NCBI GenBank assembly: GCA_040954595.2
Contig: CM082598.2
Coordinates: 620,001 to 684,000 of the forward strand
Direction: 5' to 3'
Length of the DNA: 64,000 bases
DNA from: Balanoglossus misakiensis
Lineage: Eukaryota; Animalia; Hemichordata
The position numbers and the translations under genes are program-made. Positions 24,786 to 39,940 of the stretch are shown here, piece after piece; position 1 is the first letter of the stretch, and the number at the start of each line of letters is the position of its first letter. The notes under the pieces were generated by a model. That model was not told the origin of the DNA. It did no database searches and worked only from the letters and a program-made list of their open reading frames with translations.

Positions 24786-26731
24786 AATTGTCCACACACA
24801 TTGTGAAGGTACTGTAGGTGTATTCAAATTATGGATGAATTTGTTACTTTTTACACTTAACTATTACGGTAGGCAATAAACCGTTTTATTACACAGTAGG
24901 TCATCAGTAAACTTTGTTGTGATTGGCTGATGTGCTGTCGAGTCACACAACATACAAAGAGGCGTGACCGCACAGGGGTTTAACCGAGACTTGAAGTGAA
25001 AGATTTATATTGGATCTGTTTTCTGCGGCCACCGATGTCATCAGTCGAGTTTTAAGGTAAGTCATAACTTTATTTTTCCTCTGTGAAAACAATCATATCT
25101 GCATGTCGGAAGTGGGAGTGGGGGTAAACTTCCTATATGTACTTTGTTAGAATGTTTCATCTTTGAATGATTTTTGGCCAGTGGTGATGTGGTGTTCATT
25201 CAGAGGTTGTAACTGCTGTCTGTCTTTCCATGGAACAGGAGAGATTTAAAAAACAACAATACACTATTGAAGTGGCATAATTCTGAGCTTCACGTTCAAA
25301 CTTTTATTACAAATTTAGCTTTAAAGGGAAAAAATCATATCTTAATATAATATATATAAACCCATAATAAATTGAACAAATAACATTGTACATAAATCTT
25401 ATTGTGCAGTACAAACAGAAATTCATAATTTAAGTATCTAAAAATAACTGAAAAAGTTGCAGTACTTGTACACAGGCAGTTTACAGCATACAAGAGTATA
25501 GACTGGGTTTGTACCAAAGTTACCATAGCTACTGAGATTTTCACGTGTGCCATACATAAATTATAAGTGATTGTATCTATTTAATAATTATATCTGACTT
25601 TGATATCTCAAAGTTCATTTGTATCTTTGAAGATCAAGAACTGAACTGAAAAATAATGTCCATCTTGCAAACTGTATTTGTAAAGTGCCCCTTATAGTCG
25701 GGACACATTTTGCTAAGATCAAAGTAGTCCGACAATGAAATCACAGGCACTTTTCTCATGCAGTAGAAATATAGAAGAAAAAACTCAAATCATTCACTTT
25801 TGGTAGTTTACTATTGGTACATTCTCTATCAGAAGAAACACAACTTTGCATTTTAGGTTGTAGTATAAGGTTTAGAAAAATTCATAATCTAGAAAAAGCA
25901 GTCATTTGAAGGCAAATAAACACTTCATGTTAACCCTGCAGTAACAAAAACCTTCAAAATATTTTGAAGTACAAACCATAACAGACATGATAGACTGCAA
26001 TATCAAACATAAAAGCAATGCAGCTGTAATAATAAGTGTATGAATTGACAATATCCTTTTAAAATATTAATTGTTTGGTGAAAAGGTGTCCCCTGTAAAC
26101 AAACGCCCCATCCCACCCCAACCAAGTTTCCAAAGCAATGTTACATGACCAATCCCTTGAGTTATTCCCCCCTCCCTCCCCATCTTCAAAAAACAACAAA
26201 AAAACATTTCAATAATAGTTAATATTATCTGCTTATAACTCCCTTAGAATCAAATTAAAAATACATATATTACTTTGTATATTACCATCTGAGACAAAAG
26301 TTGAGGTATGTGTTAGTACGTAAACTGTTAAGGTAGTATGCACCTGCCAATCTCGGTGTTAACTCTATGGAGTCAAGTAATCCATTCATCTTCATTACGA
26401 AGTGACTTCATCACTAATGGCCTGTTAGTTATTCATGATCAAATGTTTCAAAATAGTGGAATATTTCAAATGTATGCATAAGCATTGGATGGCATTTTGT
26501 TTGTAGGCCAGGGGAATTATCTTCTGAGTATAAATAGTGGGAAAGAAAACTTCCTCTTCGGTTAAAGTCAAACCTTGACCACTCTCACCCCCCACATGCA
26601 AATTTCATGCTTACATCATCAGACATACATGTACATCACAATTGTATTTATATTATGCAAGTCAATGTAAACAGTGTGAGCCCTACAACAAATATTACAT
26701 TTAAATAATATAATCACAAATCTTTATTTTT

Positions 26732-29700
26732 TTAATCACAGGGAAAGAAGATACGTTGAAGGTATGTGATCTCAGCTCGGCATAGCGGACACTTTTTACA
26801 TTCCTGGGAACATGATTCGCAACACATCATATGACCGCACGGACAGAAAGCACAGGAGATTTTCTTGTCCAGACACACTTGGCAGAGACGAGCTTCTTTC
26901 ATTTGCGTGACTTCATTCCGTAGTGAGATGATGAGTTCCGAGTGCGTTGATGTTCGCGACGTTTTATGTGTTGAATCTTGTTTGTCAGAATTTGCAGAGT
27001 CCTGTAAAAGAAGACATTTAAACAACAGTGAGACCCAGATTACCCAAAATAACATGATTTTGACAATACAGTGAAACCTGTCATTACGGACACCTCTCTA
27101 ATCAGGACACCTCTCTATTAAGAACACATTTACGGGTCCCAGAGGTGTCCTTAGAAGACAGGTTTCACTGTATGTAAAATTGAATTAAAAGTATTACATA
27201 CATGTATTATTCAATTATGCAAGACAATAAAATGAAGAAATCAGTGACTGAAGTCTCACCTTAGTACATTCAGTGGACACAGTACTGCTGGTTTCTTCTT
27301 CCAGGCACTCATCCACCATTTTTGTAAATGCTCCATTCTGTGATCCGTATCTCTCCAACGTTCCGGATCTAAGATCCCACGATCCGGCGCTATTGCTGGA
27401 CGCACCTTGGAATGAGTCTGATGACCCCATTTCGGAACTCTGGAAAAGTGACGGGAAAATGTCTTTGTTGGCGTTGAATAAACTCGTGTCAAACTGAGCT
27501 GAAACTGCGCTTCTTGGCACAAAGGTTACACTGAGGTTAACTTATCTCTGAGATAGACTTACCAGCCGATAGACATTACAGCTATCTGGGTGTAGTTTGT
27601 GCCATGTGTAATCATATGCCTGTCGCCGCGTTCTCTGGATATCGAACTGAAATATTTTCCCTGTATTTGTGTTTGGTTTGACAAGAGCCATCAATGATCC
27701 GAGACCAGTATGTGAATGTTGTTGCCTCACCACTGATTCTACTCTTTCACACTGTTGAAGAAAGAGAAGGAGAAAAGTTCAGTCAAACCTGTGTTAGTGG
27801 CCAACTCTATATAGTGGCCACTTTGCTACACTCCCTGTGCAATTAACATAAGGTCATAAGACAGACATGTACACATCTTGTAACACTCACCCTAAAAAAT
27901 GTATGAGTTTCTGTAAATGCTCTGAAAAGTCCCTGGGCAGCCCTGCGCGAAGGCAGCGTGTATTTGAGACATGTCGTTGTTGTCTCTCTCTCTGAGTTGG
28001 CTTTCCGCTTGTAATAATGGACGACAAATCGGTTGTGATGATAAGAGACACGACTGATATCCTCAAATGGAATTCTGTAACAGTAAAAGCATCAAACATG
28101 TTAATTGGGTAAGCAGTGGTTTCATCCAAATGTATTGTTTTCTAGGGTGAAACAAAGAAGACATTTAAAAGAGGGTTAGGGGCCACTGGCCTTTATTGGG
28201 TCAGAGAAACACACTTGTTTCTCAATATTTCCAAACTGAAATAATATATAGCTTTACGTACTTTTGTGTTTCATTTGAGACTTCTGTCGGTAGCACCTGT
28301 AAACCATTGCTGTTTACACCAATGGTAACACTATGTCTGTGTTCGTTCCGGACGATGAAAAATTCAACTCCGTATGTTGGTGACTTTGATAGATATTTGA
28401 GAAAGTCTACTTTTGCACAGTTTTGTGACATTCCACTGTGACAGCGGTGAGCTTCAGCAATGGTGGGATATTGATCCTCACTGAAGGGGGAAAGTTGAAA
28501 GTTCAAAGGTTATTGCACAGAGCATGATTCACAAGAAACTTTGCCATTGGGAGATAATACCATCTACAAAAGCGAAAATCTTCCAAAGAAAAGTACCAGT
28601 TAGATGACATACAATACCTACCTTAAATGTGGCAGTATTCTTGCATAGTTCGTGTGTTCCTCTTCAACTTTGTCTCCAAGTTCCGCCTGTGCAATCAGGG
28701 ACAACAGCTGGATTCGTTCTTCTTCGGAGATTTCAAAATGGTTCTTGAAGAATAAACTCCGCACTGTCAGGTAGAATTGATGCCTGTGATAAAGACAAGA
28801 ATATTAAAACACCTCATTAACTTGTTCTGATCTTTGCATTGTTTGGTTCGTACAAAAAACATTTCAGCCACTGACAAGGAAGAACGAAGTTGTGGTACAA
28901 TGTAGTTATATATCGCCCTCTACTGGTGAAGTTTCTAGTCTCACCCTTCACCCAATCACTGATGTCAGTGTTTTCTATTCCACCGTCAAAACAAACTCCG
29001 GGCTTGTCCTATCAGAAAGCTAGCTGTACATGGTTTATTCTTTGCATATACAAAGCAAAGAATTCACAAAGCTGTGGGGTGCCCATTGAGAGGAATCTGA
29101 AATGCCAAAAGTTTATGCTCCACAGCCGTGACATTTACAAACGCTTCCTTAAATGTCATTCAGTTGGCTTTAGGCTTTGTCAAAACATGACTGCATCCCC
29201 ATGACAGTATAAAACCAAAACATGTCCAGACTAAACTCTCCCAGTTGAATAATTTTTATGATTCTGCTCGTAACTGATGTCAATCATAAAACTGTAGAAT
29301 TGCAAAAACAGCAGATGTTATTATATCATGTGGATTTTATTCTTTTCAAATTCCAGAAAGAAATTCACTTTCAACATGCGTTGAGCTGGTTTGAGCTGGT
29401 TTGTCAGATCTCTGACCTCCGCCAATTGTGGCATTGTCATTTGGAATGTGATTGTGGAATTTGAAGATGGAAGAATTACAAGAGAAGACAAGTACATGTG
29501 GAATTCAGCTTAAGTAAGAGCCTTGTGTGTTAATTACCCCCTCCCCCGGGCCCCCCACAAACAGACACACACACACAGTCACACACACAGACACACATGC
29601 ACAAATATGCACACACAACATCTAAAGGTAATTGACCTCTTATCTCTGATGCACGGGAGAACCATTTCCTCTTAGGGTTTGTTGTTTTGTCACAAATACC

Positions 29701-32700
29701 TTGAACTTGACCCAGCCCAACGCATCTATCATTCTGACCGGAGAACTACAAAGGAAATGGCCTCGTTGGAAACGTCTCTTCACCACATTCCACGAACAGG
29801 TAAGTTCGGAATGTGAGAACGTGACACAACTGGACAACAAGTGATTGGAAAGTGACAGACCTGTCACACAAAGCTGTGACAAGGTAAGTGCATGTCGACA
29901 GATCGACATGTAAGGGTCAGCCAAGAACAACACTATTGTTATGTTATCTGGGTGTAACAGTATCAATAACATCTCTACAAGGACATGAAATGTAGTTTAC
30001 TCAGAAAGCATTCAAGCAATGTTTGCTTTCACCTAAGAGACCAACTCTGAAGGTTCTTCGTCCTCAAGCGGTTAACGTTCCACAAGGTGTAGGCTGTTTT
30101 GTTCTGTTCATTTCTACAAGTAGTTGAGGTGTAATACTAATAGTGAGGTGTTAAATTAGGTCAACCTAATCAGGACTAGAGTTAGCTGTATTGTACCATG
30201 CCACAAAATAATGAGGAAGCTGTAATCATAGAATATTTCACCTTGTACTTGGCTGTTGCAATTCTGGAGGTTGCACGAAATATTTGACTTGCAAACTGAG
30301 CCGGAATGGTTGACTTCCGCAAACCTGGAAGTACAGTGGATTCCGCAGATTCAACCATAGTTGTTCTCCTTTCCTTCCGGAATACTTCAAACCGAAATAA
30401 TCCCACTCTAAAAGTCCAATCTCTTCACTGACCTGTAATGGATAATCAATGTAAAAAAAATATATAAATATAGATGCAGCGAAACATTTAACATTAAAAT
30501 GTAACATAAAACACATGACAATGTCAATCCTCCCCTTCATAATCCTAAACATTAGTTTCTCAATATTTCATGAATTTCCAAAATTTGATGAATGTATCCC
30601 TAAACTTGTCAATCATGTAAAGTCCAGTAGATAGCTTTCTGGTGTTTTAACAAGGAAGAGTAAACTCTATTGGTCATCCAGGTATCTGTTTCTGTTGATG
30701 AGTAGATCATTTACATGCGTGTAAAAGTGCACCTGCTGTGGTAATCATCCAATCACAGGAGATACACCTTTACACGACTGTAAAAGACCCAGAATGCATT
30801 GGCACAACCATTGTTGTCTTTGATGTTCGGTGTAAACAGGTTTTACTGTAACAAACTCATCAAAGGTCAAACTGTTTTCTCAGAAAAATGTCAGGAAACA
30901 TCTAAATAGCAAGTTCAATGCCAACCACTGCTGGTATTACTATACATTTGCATTCCCTGAATTTCTGTGGTCAAGTTCATACTTCAGCTATGAGTGATTG
31001 TGAAACAGAGTCGAGTAAACAGTGAGGTACATTCTGGGCTGCTCGTTTCAAGGCCATCAGCTTTTGTTGGTCATCTCGAGCGATTGTTAGTCTGAGGTCA
31101 TGGTTGGGTGGTTGACTTTTGTCATTGGACACTGGTTGTTCAACTGGGCGCCGTTCACTGGACAGGAAAGTTTGAAACAACCATGGACTAGTGTTAAACA
31201 GTGAAAGACTATGTCTTCACACAGTACATGTTTCAGAAGGGAGTTGTCCTGTTCATTTGATGAACGTTTGTTGGCTGAGCGATTGACAAGTCTACAAGCA
31301 GCTCAAATTGTATTCTGTAGAACACTATGTACATATGAGTTCCTCTATTGGCCTCGAAGGCTACATCTTGTCATGGTTGGATGATTGACAGTTCATTTTT
31401 ATGTATACTATTATGATACAGTCCATTGTATGTATGATTCTCCCTCACACAAGGGACAAACAGAAGGTGTACTGCAGTGCCAAGTTTAGAAATGTTATGA
31501 AAGCCACTCGCACATTAACCTTGTATTTATTATCTACCCATTCATGATTCGGCTAAAAATACGGACATGACCGAGAAAAGGCAGAATTCAATACTCTGCC
31601 ATTCAAACATCAGTTCTGGCAATTCAACGGATGAAATGTGAACCACAGAAATCAGAGATGCTAACAGGAAGCCATATTTAGGAAACATCAAACTTGCGTA
31701 GAACCAAAATGAAAAACTATTCACAACGTCACACAGACCCTGAGTGTATGCATTCTTGCAGAATTGAGTTTAGCACAAGATTGAGTCTTTTCCATTCAGT
31801 AGACCATGCTTGATTGGGTTTTTCATCACAAGAGCTGTGGCCAGCTCAGATTCTGCACGGAATTGGATAGTTCAAAGGTCAGTGCTTCGGATTAACCCTG
31901 CCGTCCACACTACCACAGGCTGCGACCAATTTGTATCTCTCTGTAATATATACACCCCACAAAGACCATTGAACAGAACTGTTTGCGTTTAGCTGCCCTC
32001 TGCTGGCCACTAACTTTTAGGAACATTTCTTCTCACAATGGGGAACAGAGCATGACTGTTTGATGTTTATTTAAGCTGTGCTTGGTAGAAATTTCAAACC
32101 AGTCGGGGTTAGGTACCTAGACTTTGTGGTAATTACAGCAGAACAGCTGTGGGTTTTTAATTGGCCTCGTGCAGGACATGCTGTTTGATTTTACATTACC
32201 TAAACTAATCAAGTACGCACACACTCCGATACACAGCAAGCTGGGAACACCATGGTTTCATTGAAATCATTTCCACCCTGGTCATTCATCACAAACTTCC
32301 ACTGAGTGATGAATTACCCAAGCAGTAAATTTTTGATTGAAATTTTTAGGTACCTATTGATGTAGTCAGAAATTTCAGATTTACTGACTGTAACTATCTA
32401 TGATCACTTGCAACTCACATGATTGCTTTGATAAAATTGGTTAGTACAAAGTTTCTTTTGTGTAACTTTGTGAGGCAACAATACCAATTCCCCAAAGTCT
32501 TGATAATAGTTTTTGTGGACATGTGTACATGTATGTGTTTGGGAATTCTTAAGTTTCCAGGAGGGAATTCTGTACACAGTTTTTCTCAAACACAACAGAA
32601 TTGAACAAACGCCTTGTTCAGACAAACCCAGTCCTACAAATTTCCCAGATGAAATCTAGGGCCTCAGGGATATTGTGAAAGTAGGTTATAATCAGATCTG

Positions 32701-35700
32701 CCTTTTATTTGCTTTTTTTATAACTGAACATTATTTACCGTCAGAGATATATACACATCAGTTGGACAAACAAGTTGTGGATCTCCTGAGATATGTCCAT
32801 CAGTTGTACAAATATAGTCTCTGTCCCCCAGGGCCTATGACCGACATCTGTGTTCAGCAACTGCGATGAAATTGTTGGTGATATGGCGTAACAGATGACG
32901 AACATATGATGTGGAATCACTCTCAGATGTCAAACAACCTTAGTGTTAGAATTAGGTTTTTTGGTCTGTTTGGGTTACATACTGATAGAAACAGTTCAGG
33001 AAGTAAAAACGTCATGGCAATCAAATGACCATACATAACACGCTAACAAATAGTAATTTTCTCTAATCACAAAAAAACCTTGATATTGAAAGGTCAATCA
33101 AATACAATAACTGCATTGAGCATTTAACTTGCCTGAGTTACATAACACCATCATTCAAGCATTCAATGCAATGGAAATTTCAACCACAGGTTTGATTAGA
33201 TCTGCTTGCAATCAATATAGCTAATTGATTACTTCTTAACACAATGACTTTACAGTTTGTTTTGTATCCAAAATAAGCTTACAGTACACTCCAATACGAT
33301 GTAAAACGTCAAATTATTGCTGTTGTTCCAAATATGTCTGCAATGGTGGTCACCAGTGCATTCCTTTTGGGAAGGATAGCATCTGATGACCATGCATGCC
33401 ATACTTTGCAATGTTTATCAAATATCTATTAGTATTATATTCCCCCAATATAAGATGTTGAAAACCTCAGAGATAGTTTACTTTGTGAACCTAGTGGTCA
33501 TGGATCGGGGAGGTTAATAAACTTCTGTATCACATATCAGGACTCGCACAGACAACTGGTGTATTTATCACAACTGAATAATCAACCTAGGTGACTACCA
33601 ATATCCCTGATTTTTCCCCTTGCACAGCTCCTGGAAAAACATCTAAATTAAGAATAAACGCTTCACAATATTCACTGAATTTTGTACATAATACTTCATC
33701 AAATCATTATCACCACAGCTGACTGTTGCCATGACAGCACTGTTGCATAGCAACATTCCTAGAAGTTTTCTTACCGGTAAATATATTTCAAAATTTGTGG
33801 TTGTACTGCCAAATCACCATTCCAAATTTATGCCCCTAATTGCAAAGCCCTCTAACAAATGTGTTCCCCTCATTAAATCTTCACTGCCATATTGAACATA
33901 TTAACTACTTCCTCGCATAATAATTAATTTAATGGCCACTTAACGAGGGAGTGCCCCAAAACACCAAGTATCTCTGCAACACATGTAGTCATTATGGTGA
34001 GAGACAAATTCTTTTCTCTGTATTCTGCTGTGGTCATGCCACTAAACCATAGGAGACAAATAGCCAAAAGTGACTGGGGCTTTACGAGAATCCATGTGGC
34101 CTTCACAGTAAACGATATGTTCGTAATTTCCAATCATAAACAACCAGGTGCACGCATGAAACTGATTTGTAAACAAGCTTGACCACAGGGTAGGGATTTT
34201 ATTAGCGACAACAGTGAGTGACCACAGTAATTCAGGTACATTACTGCATTGATTTGTTCCAACACCACTACAACAAAAGAACCACCACATTTTAGAGCCC
34301 TGTCCACACACACATCGTGATCACCACCTACATTGTATTCAGGGCCATTTTGGGTACAAATCTCCTTCAAAACACAAAAGACTCGTTAAATACATTCATA
34401 GGTTTCTTGTTGTCTTCAAAGAAAGAACCTTGTGACCTTACACATGTCACCAATTTCTGGGCTTCAAAAAATGTTTCCTGTGAAACTCAAAAAAGATCAA
34501 AAACACCTCAAATTGACCTTCATTAGCACAAAGACCTAAAAGTGTAGAAAACTTATTTTTTCATTCTTTGTGTGAGGTTTAGGCACTGACCTCCAGTTTG
34601 GCACAAGATAAGCAATTATCGGTATATTTCCAGAAATGACATGTTTACTTTGAGCTAACACAAAAGACACAACAAGATCAAATCTTACAAACATAACGGT
34701 GCGTTTGAGTACAGTGATCAAGGCATCTTAGAAACACAAGAACTAACGTAAACTAGTTTGTCTATTTCCAAACACAAGTGAGGTCCACCACAGACAGTTT
34801 ACGTTGATTCTGTGTACATTATAGGTCATGTAGCTTTCAAGTTGTCCAAATGGAGACATCGCCATGAAACACAAAGCCCTGCCACGCTACATAGTCTAGT
34901 ATCTAGCCGTATTTTGTCCGCTTTGCTTCCAAAAGTTTTGCGGACAAAATACGGCAAGATACTTGACCATGCCACGCAGAACTACAAGTGTAATGGTGCC
35001 AATACAGCATATATTTACATGGAAATACAAAATACGTTCATACCTTGTTGTGTTGTCCGCTAAAATAATTCTGCACTCCTGATATAAACAGGCTAAACCA
35101 ATAGGATTCAACAAAGAATCACGCCACTTTATCTAAATCTATCCTTATCTATTTCACGGAGTATCTGAATTCCGGCCAAAAAAAATATAAAGATCAGCTC
35201 GCTTCTCACTAGCAGTTTTTTTCTCGATACGCAAACCTGGAAATCAGAGAATTTATTTCAATGTAAACACCGTTTTCATTTTATCCACCGTCCAACCAGG
35301 TGAAAAAGATCGTCTTACAGGATGAAATTACCCACTGCTTTAGGGAATGGCAGCCAATATTTGCGTCACTAAAGTATGCCAGAGACTTTAGACCCAGCAT
35401 TGCTCATCCAACTTGCAAAGCTAATGGCCTGATACCCCTTGCTGTGAATTGTGATGTAACTGTTTGTCCTCTGGTTCAGTTAGAATAATAGGGCCCCAGC
35501 TGTTCACAGTGACCGTCCTCCCATAGACAGACCAGTTCTATGGTCATTCCACCAAAGCCAAATCTGTCTTGAGCAGGAAAAACATCTAGGAGTACATCCA
35601 CCACTACGCAATCATGTCACCAATTGTAACAGAGATCACACTCCATTTGGTAACCTTAGTGAAATTGTTTTCATGATCATTTATGTTTTTTTGGCCATAC

Positions 35701-38700
35701 TGGTTTGATATTATCTATCAATGTACTCCAGGACCAACAAACTCTAAAATTTGACATACCACCAGCTTCTAACTAAATAAATGTTTTAATTGGTTTACTT
35801 TGTTGATACCATCTCTGTCTTATGGACTTGGAAAATAACCTCTGGGGAAGTTTGAATGACTGAGAGTCACACAAACGAAAGATACAGATTGTACTATACT
35901 CTGAAATAGACACATACAACTACTGCTATATCGTATGGGCACCAGATGCTTGCAAAGGCATGTGGTACATGTACCAGTACAAAAAGTGGAGAACACGTTT
36001 CAATATCAACACCCATATTTCTGTATTTGCTTGTACAACAGATGATTGTGTTTGTAGCATTGTCTATTGAATTGTGGGTTTCACACAGATGGATTTGCGG
36101 GAACTGTTTTAGTCCTAGGGGAATTTCTGCTGCCCCTAAAGGTACACTACATGGCTGAAATTACCACCAAATAAGTCAAACATTCCGCAACTTCCGGAAG
36201 GGCACGGATAATTGGGAATACAGCGTGGTTTCGCATACCTGAGGTATTCCCTGGCCAATTATATCATGATATGGATGCCACGATCATTTTCAACATTACA
36301 CAATCCAGATGGGCAGGGTCCCAGGTTGAGAGACCCTGTCAGTTTCACTTGAAAACTCATTTTTCTCGAAAACTCATTTTCACAGAGTATAGCAAACAGG
36401 AACAATGCTAGACAAAAGAAGTTTATCGATAAAGCCATACGCAGGAAAGATGATACACAAGAGGATTGTTATATAAAAGTTATCACAAAAATTCCTTCTG
36501 ACAGAGCCAGTATTTGACCAATTTCCGACTACAATCTATCTAGTGTCTTCTGGCCCCTCACACCAAAACATGTTTGGGGTTTGCAGAACCAGAAAACACC
36601 GGAGAAATTCTTGTGTTCTTGCGTCCCATTGGTAGCTACTTTGTATGAGAGATGTACGGGGTCTTCAGTTGTCTGCCAATTTGAACAAGAATACAAAAAC
36701 ACATATCTTTAATTCTAGAGAGTATATCAACAGCATTCAGATGTAAATTCCCCAACTAAACCCCAAAACTCCAGATACATGTAAGGGAAATGAAAGTGAC
36801 AGGAGGGGTCAAAGTTCACATCCCAAACATCAGCAACTTCCTTTTCTGGTCATGGATAACATTTCCTACTTTCCCAAAAGTCAACATTGGATCAAATGAT
36901 AAGAATCCAGACCCAGTATCTCAAACTAAAGTTAAAACTTGGAAAAGAAGAACACTTTTCCAATTTTAGAAACCCAAAACTTATAATTCCCTTACAGAAG
37001 GGACCAAAGCATTGTATTTTTAAATATTTTAATAATTATACATAATTCATACTGATAAACATAATGGATAATGTATAACTAAACGGTATTATTGTTTGAC
37101 ATTTTACACACTAATTTGTGAATGCATTGAATATTTTAATGCATTATGTGCTATATATTTAACAAGTTCTATTCTAGTCAAACGTACTGTATGGGTACTG
37201 AAATTATTACGATTACTTAACTTATTATTATAACTAGCGAAATATGACAGAATGTCGTATGTTTCAGCAAGCATAAATGTTAGAAATAAGTGCTGGCTGA
37301 ATTAGGAATATACAACACATGAAAAGAGCACTGAAATCTGACAAGGATAGCGCACTTGTCTGATTATATAACTCAGGGCAAAGCAAATCAAAGCATACAA
37401 ACATCGATTAGACCCCCACCACACACAGCTGTGAGAGAAAAATTTGTGAATAACAAAACTTGAAAGGGCGTGCATCACCACAGAAATCCTGGTCCCTGGA
37501 AAACAGACACCAAAGCTTGTATTGTGAAAGTTAAAAACTGGTGCCTAGACAACACAAGGTCACAAACCTTTCTTTCCTGTTTTCTTATATTTAATTTATT
37601 GTTCATATTAATCTGGGTAATATGTAGTGCCAGTGAAAAGACAGACATCTGAAATCACATAAATGCAGCAAAAGCACTTAATTCCCCTCATCATTATCCT
37701 CATATCTAATCTGCCATTTCTTGGCAAGGACAAGAAACAACAGACTAGATTGTATGTTGTGAGAAAATATTTGCAATCAAAATAAATATCGTGATTGTTG
37801 CTAAGTGCAATCCTTTCATTGCTGGATAAATTCAACATTCATGTCCATTTTACTTAGAAAGAATATCATCGAGAAACTGGACATATCTTTCTGGGACAGA
37901 ATGTTTCTTAAAACTGTAAATTGTGTTTTTGTATTCTGTTGGTTCAAGTTTGTTGACATATTTGTTATTTATAGCTTTCTGACATAACCAGGTTGCCTGA
38001 CCAAATATGCAAATGTTAAAACAACGATCATATGGTAAATTAACAACAAGCCTTTACTCTTTTATGGGATGTGCCGACAGAAAGCAACCAATGATTATCA
38101 CGTCTGAAAGATAACGACATAAAACCCAACTCCAATTAATTTCCCCGTGTGACAACGTGGTGTTGTTCGGTGATATCGGTGACAGGGAATTACTGTATGC
38201 TATTATAGTTCAGAAATTACCTCTCCCCTCCCCAATCGTTAATGCAAAGGGAATGTTTAAATGCAAAGGGAATCATTGATCGCAGTGTCTGTGACACTTA
38301 GTAGCAATCTGGTATAATATTCCAAGGCCTGTTTTCATCGACAATAAATGTATGTTGATTTCACAGTGATACACACAAGAAATAGACAGCTATTAACTGA
38401 CAAAGTGTGTCCTATGTTTCCTTAGTCAATGGTTGTGTGATAGTTCTGATCCCATATGTTTCCCGTTTCACACAAACTGAAACATTTTCATAAGGCGATT
38501 GTACGTTTCTGCACCGTGATGACATCCGCTTATGTTCAGATGTCGAACTTCCGGTGTAAACAAGGTTGAGTTTCAGTGTAGGTTCAACTAGTGTACCAGG
38601 ACTAACTATGCTTTGAAAAAGTAACAGAGTTATACGTTTACATAAATTTAACGAATAGAAACCGTCGATCTCTTAAGAGCACTTGGCATGCGTATATGAT

Positions 38701-38874
38701 CAGCAGTTTAAAGGTATCCCCATGTCGTCTTTCAGATCGAATATATTTCAATCGATATGAACACAGACCATCTCATTTGTCACGTACCTTTTCCAGAAGT
38801 TGTAGTCCTGTGGCAGACTTTGGCAGCTTGAATTCGTGCAAAACGCCACTTGGCTCGCTCACAAAACACCACAT
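26732..38874 (-). CDS. MYLIP: E3 ubiquitin ligase MYLIP/IDOL (FERM + RING), ~493 aa
   Basis: Exons 38874-38788 (MWCFVSEPSG...), 30432-30242 (DYFGLKYSGRKGEQLWLNLRN), 28783-28622, 28480-28262, 28074-27891 (AAQGLFRAFTETHTFFR), 27751-27563 (FQFDIQRTRRQAYD), 27439-27260, 27001-26732 (CQVC...FCPCGHMMCCESC...CPLCR). 1482 nt, in frame. Minus-strand AATAAA near 25303-25308. Confidence 0.95.
27069..27170. mobile_element. Tc1/mariner(pogo/Tigger)-type MITE with TA target duplication
   Basis: TA-CAGTGAAACCTGTC...GACAGGTTTCACTG-TA: perfect 14-bp TIRs, internal ggacacctctcta subrepeats. Confidence 0.8.
27780..27824 (-). mobile_element. MITE terminal fragment (same family as 55217-55327)
   Basis: cagtcaaacctgtgttagtggccaactctatatagtggcca is the near-exact reverse complement of 55287-55327. 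Confidence 0.65.
31992..32009 (-). promoter_or_regulatory. CTCF-like motif in MYLIP intron 1
   Basis: Minus strand TGGCCAGCAGAGGGCAGC closely matches the CTCF core consensus. Confidence 0.45.
36806..36818 (+). promoter_or_regulatory. DR1 nuclear receptor element (HNF4/RXR type) in MYLIP intron 1
   Basis: GGGTCA-A-AGTTCA. Confidence 0.35.
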
Positions 38875-39940
38875 ATTCGTATCTGGCTATCTCCTGGTGA
38901 TCATATTTCAACGAAACATCAATAGCCACTGCTTCGATCTCGTTCAACGCCGGCGATCGCAGATACTCTACAAGTTCCCACGGAATCGTCTGTGTATACT
39001 CGTGTTGAGGAATGACACGAAGTTTACTATTGTGACGACCAATGAGAGGAGTGTTTACACAGTACTTCATTCACCTATCAAGAGAAGTAGCCCATGATTG
39101 GTAAAGAACCATTGGCCTAGATTCAACCTTTGACCGAACGAAACAAACATGACAACATTCTAATTAGGGGTGAATGCTTTCTGTTTGTATTTGTAAAATA
39201 AATCAGCGAAAATTTGGAAATTCCCCCAGTATAACCTATGAAAGTCTTATTATATACTTGTATGAACCTTCACTAAGAAAATTATATAGTTTCAGAAGCA
39301 AATTTAAACAAAACTAAATGTACATCGCCCGCTAATAATGGTATGTTCCAATTATACGTATGTTTATCACAACAACGACTTGTCAAAAGAGGAAATGTCG
39401 ACGCTTTGTCACGATGTTTATTTCTTGGCGGAAAACAACATGTCCCCGTGATATGTCAGCGATTTCCGCATTGTACTTTTTATTACCCTTTACTTCGTAT
39501 CGAGGGAAATGACTCAAACTACGATCAGATAACGCGATTTAGAAAAAAACACTAGCGTTTTCCCCAGAAACTTAGAAACGTAATACCAGGCGTTTCATGA
39601 TCGTTTCGAAACAATAATTTCATTTCAGACAAACATTTCATCTATTTCTCCCATTGCTGAGAAAACCACGGGAAAAGTTACTAGTTAATCCAACGATTCT
39701 TGACATAAAACACAAAACTAAAATGAGCAACCACAACACCATAATTCTCAGCTTTTCGTTTTACTTTTATTGAAATCTGATATTGGATCACACAGCCAGA
39801 AATAAAGTTGTGCAAAAACGTATTCTCTCACTTCTATCAAACAGTTTGGTAGAATCCATATCCAGTGATATAACAAGACTCATATACAGTGAAATGAAAG
39901 ATGTAAAGTTGTTCTACAGGTGGAAATTTGAGTGACACTA

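Noticed and set aside
27887-28129. 80-aa ORF as MYLIP exon 5
   Set aside because: An alternative frame starting at the 28074 acceptor gives the conserved FRAFTETHTFFR motif and fits the splice phases.
38780-39070. 96-aa minus-strand ORF at the MYLIP 5' end
   Set aside because: Wrong frame. The true first exon (MWCFVSEP..., 38874-38788) is in another frame and matches the MYLIP N-terminus.
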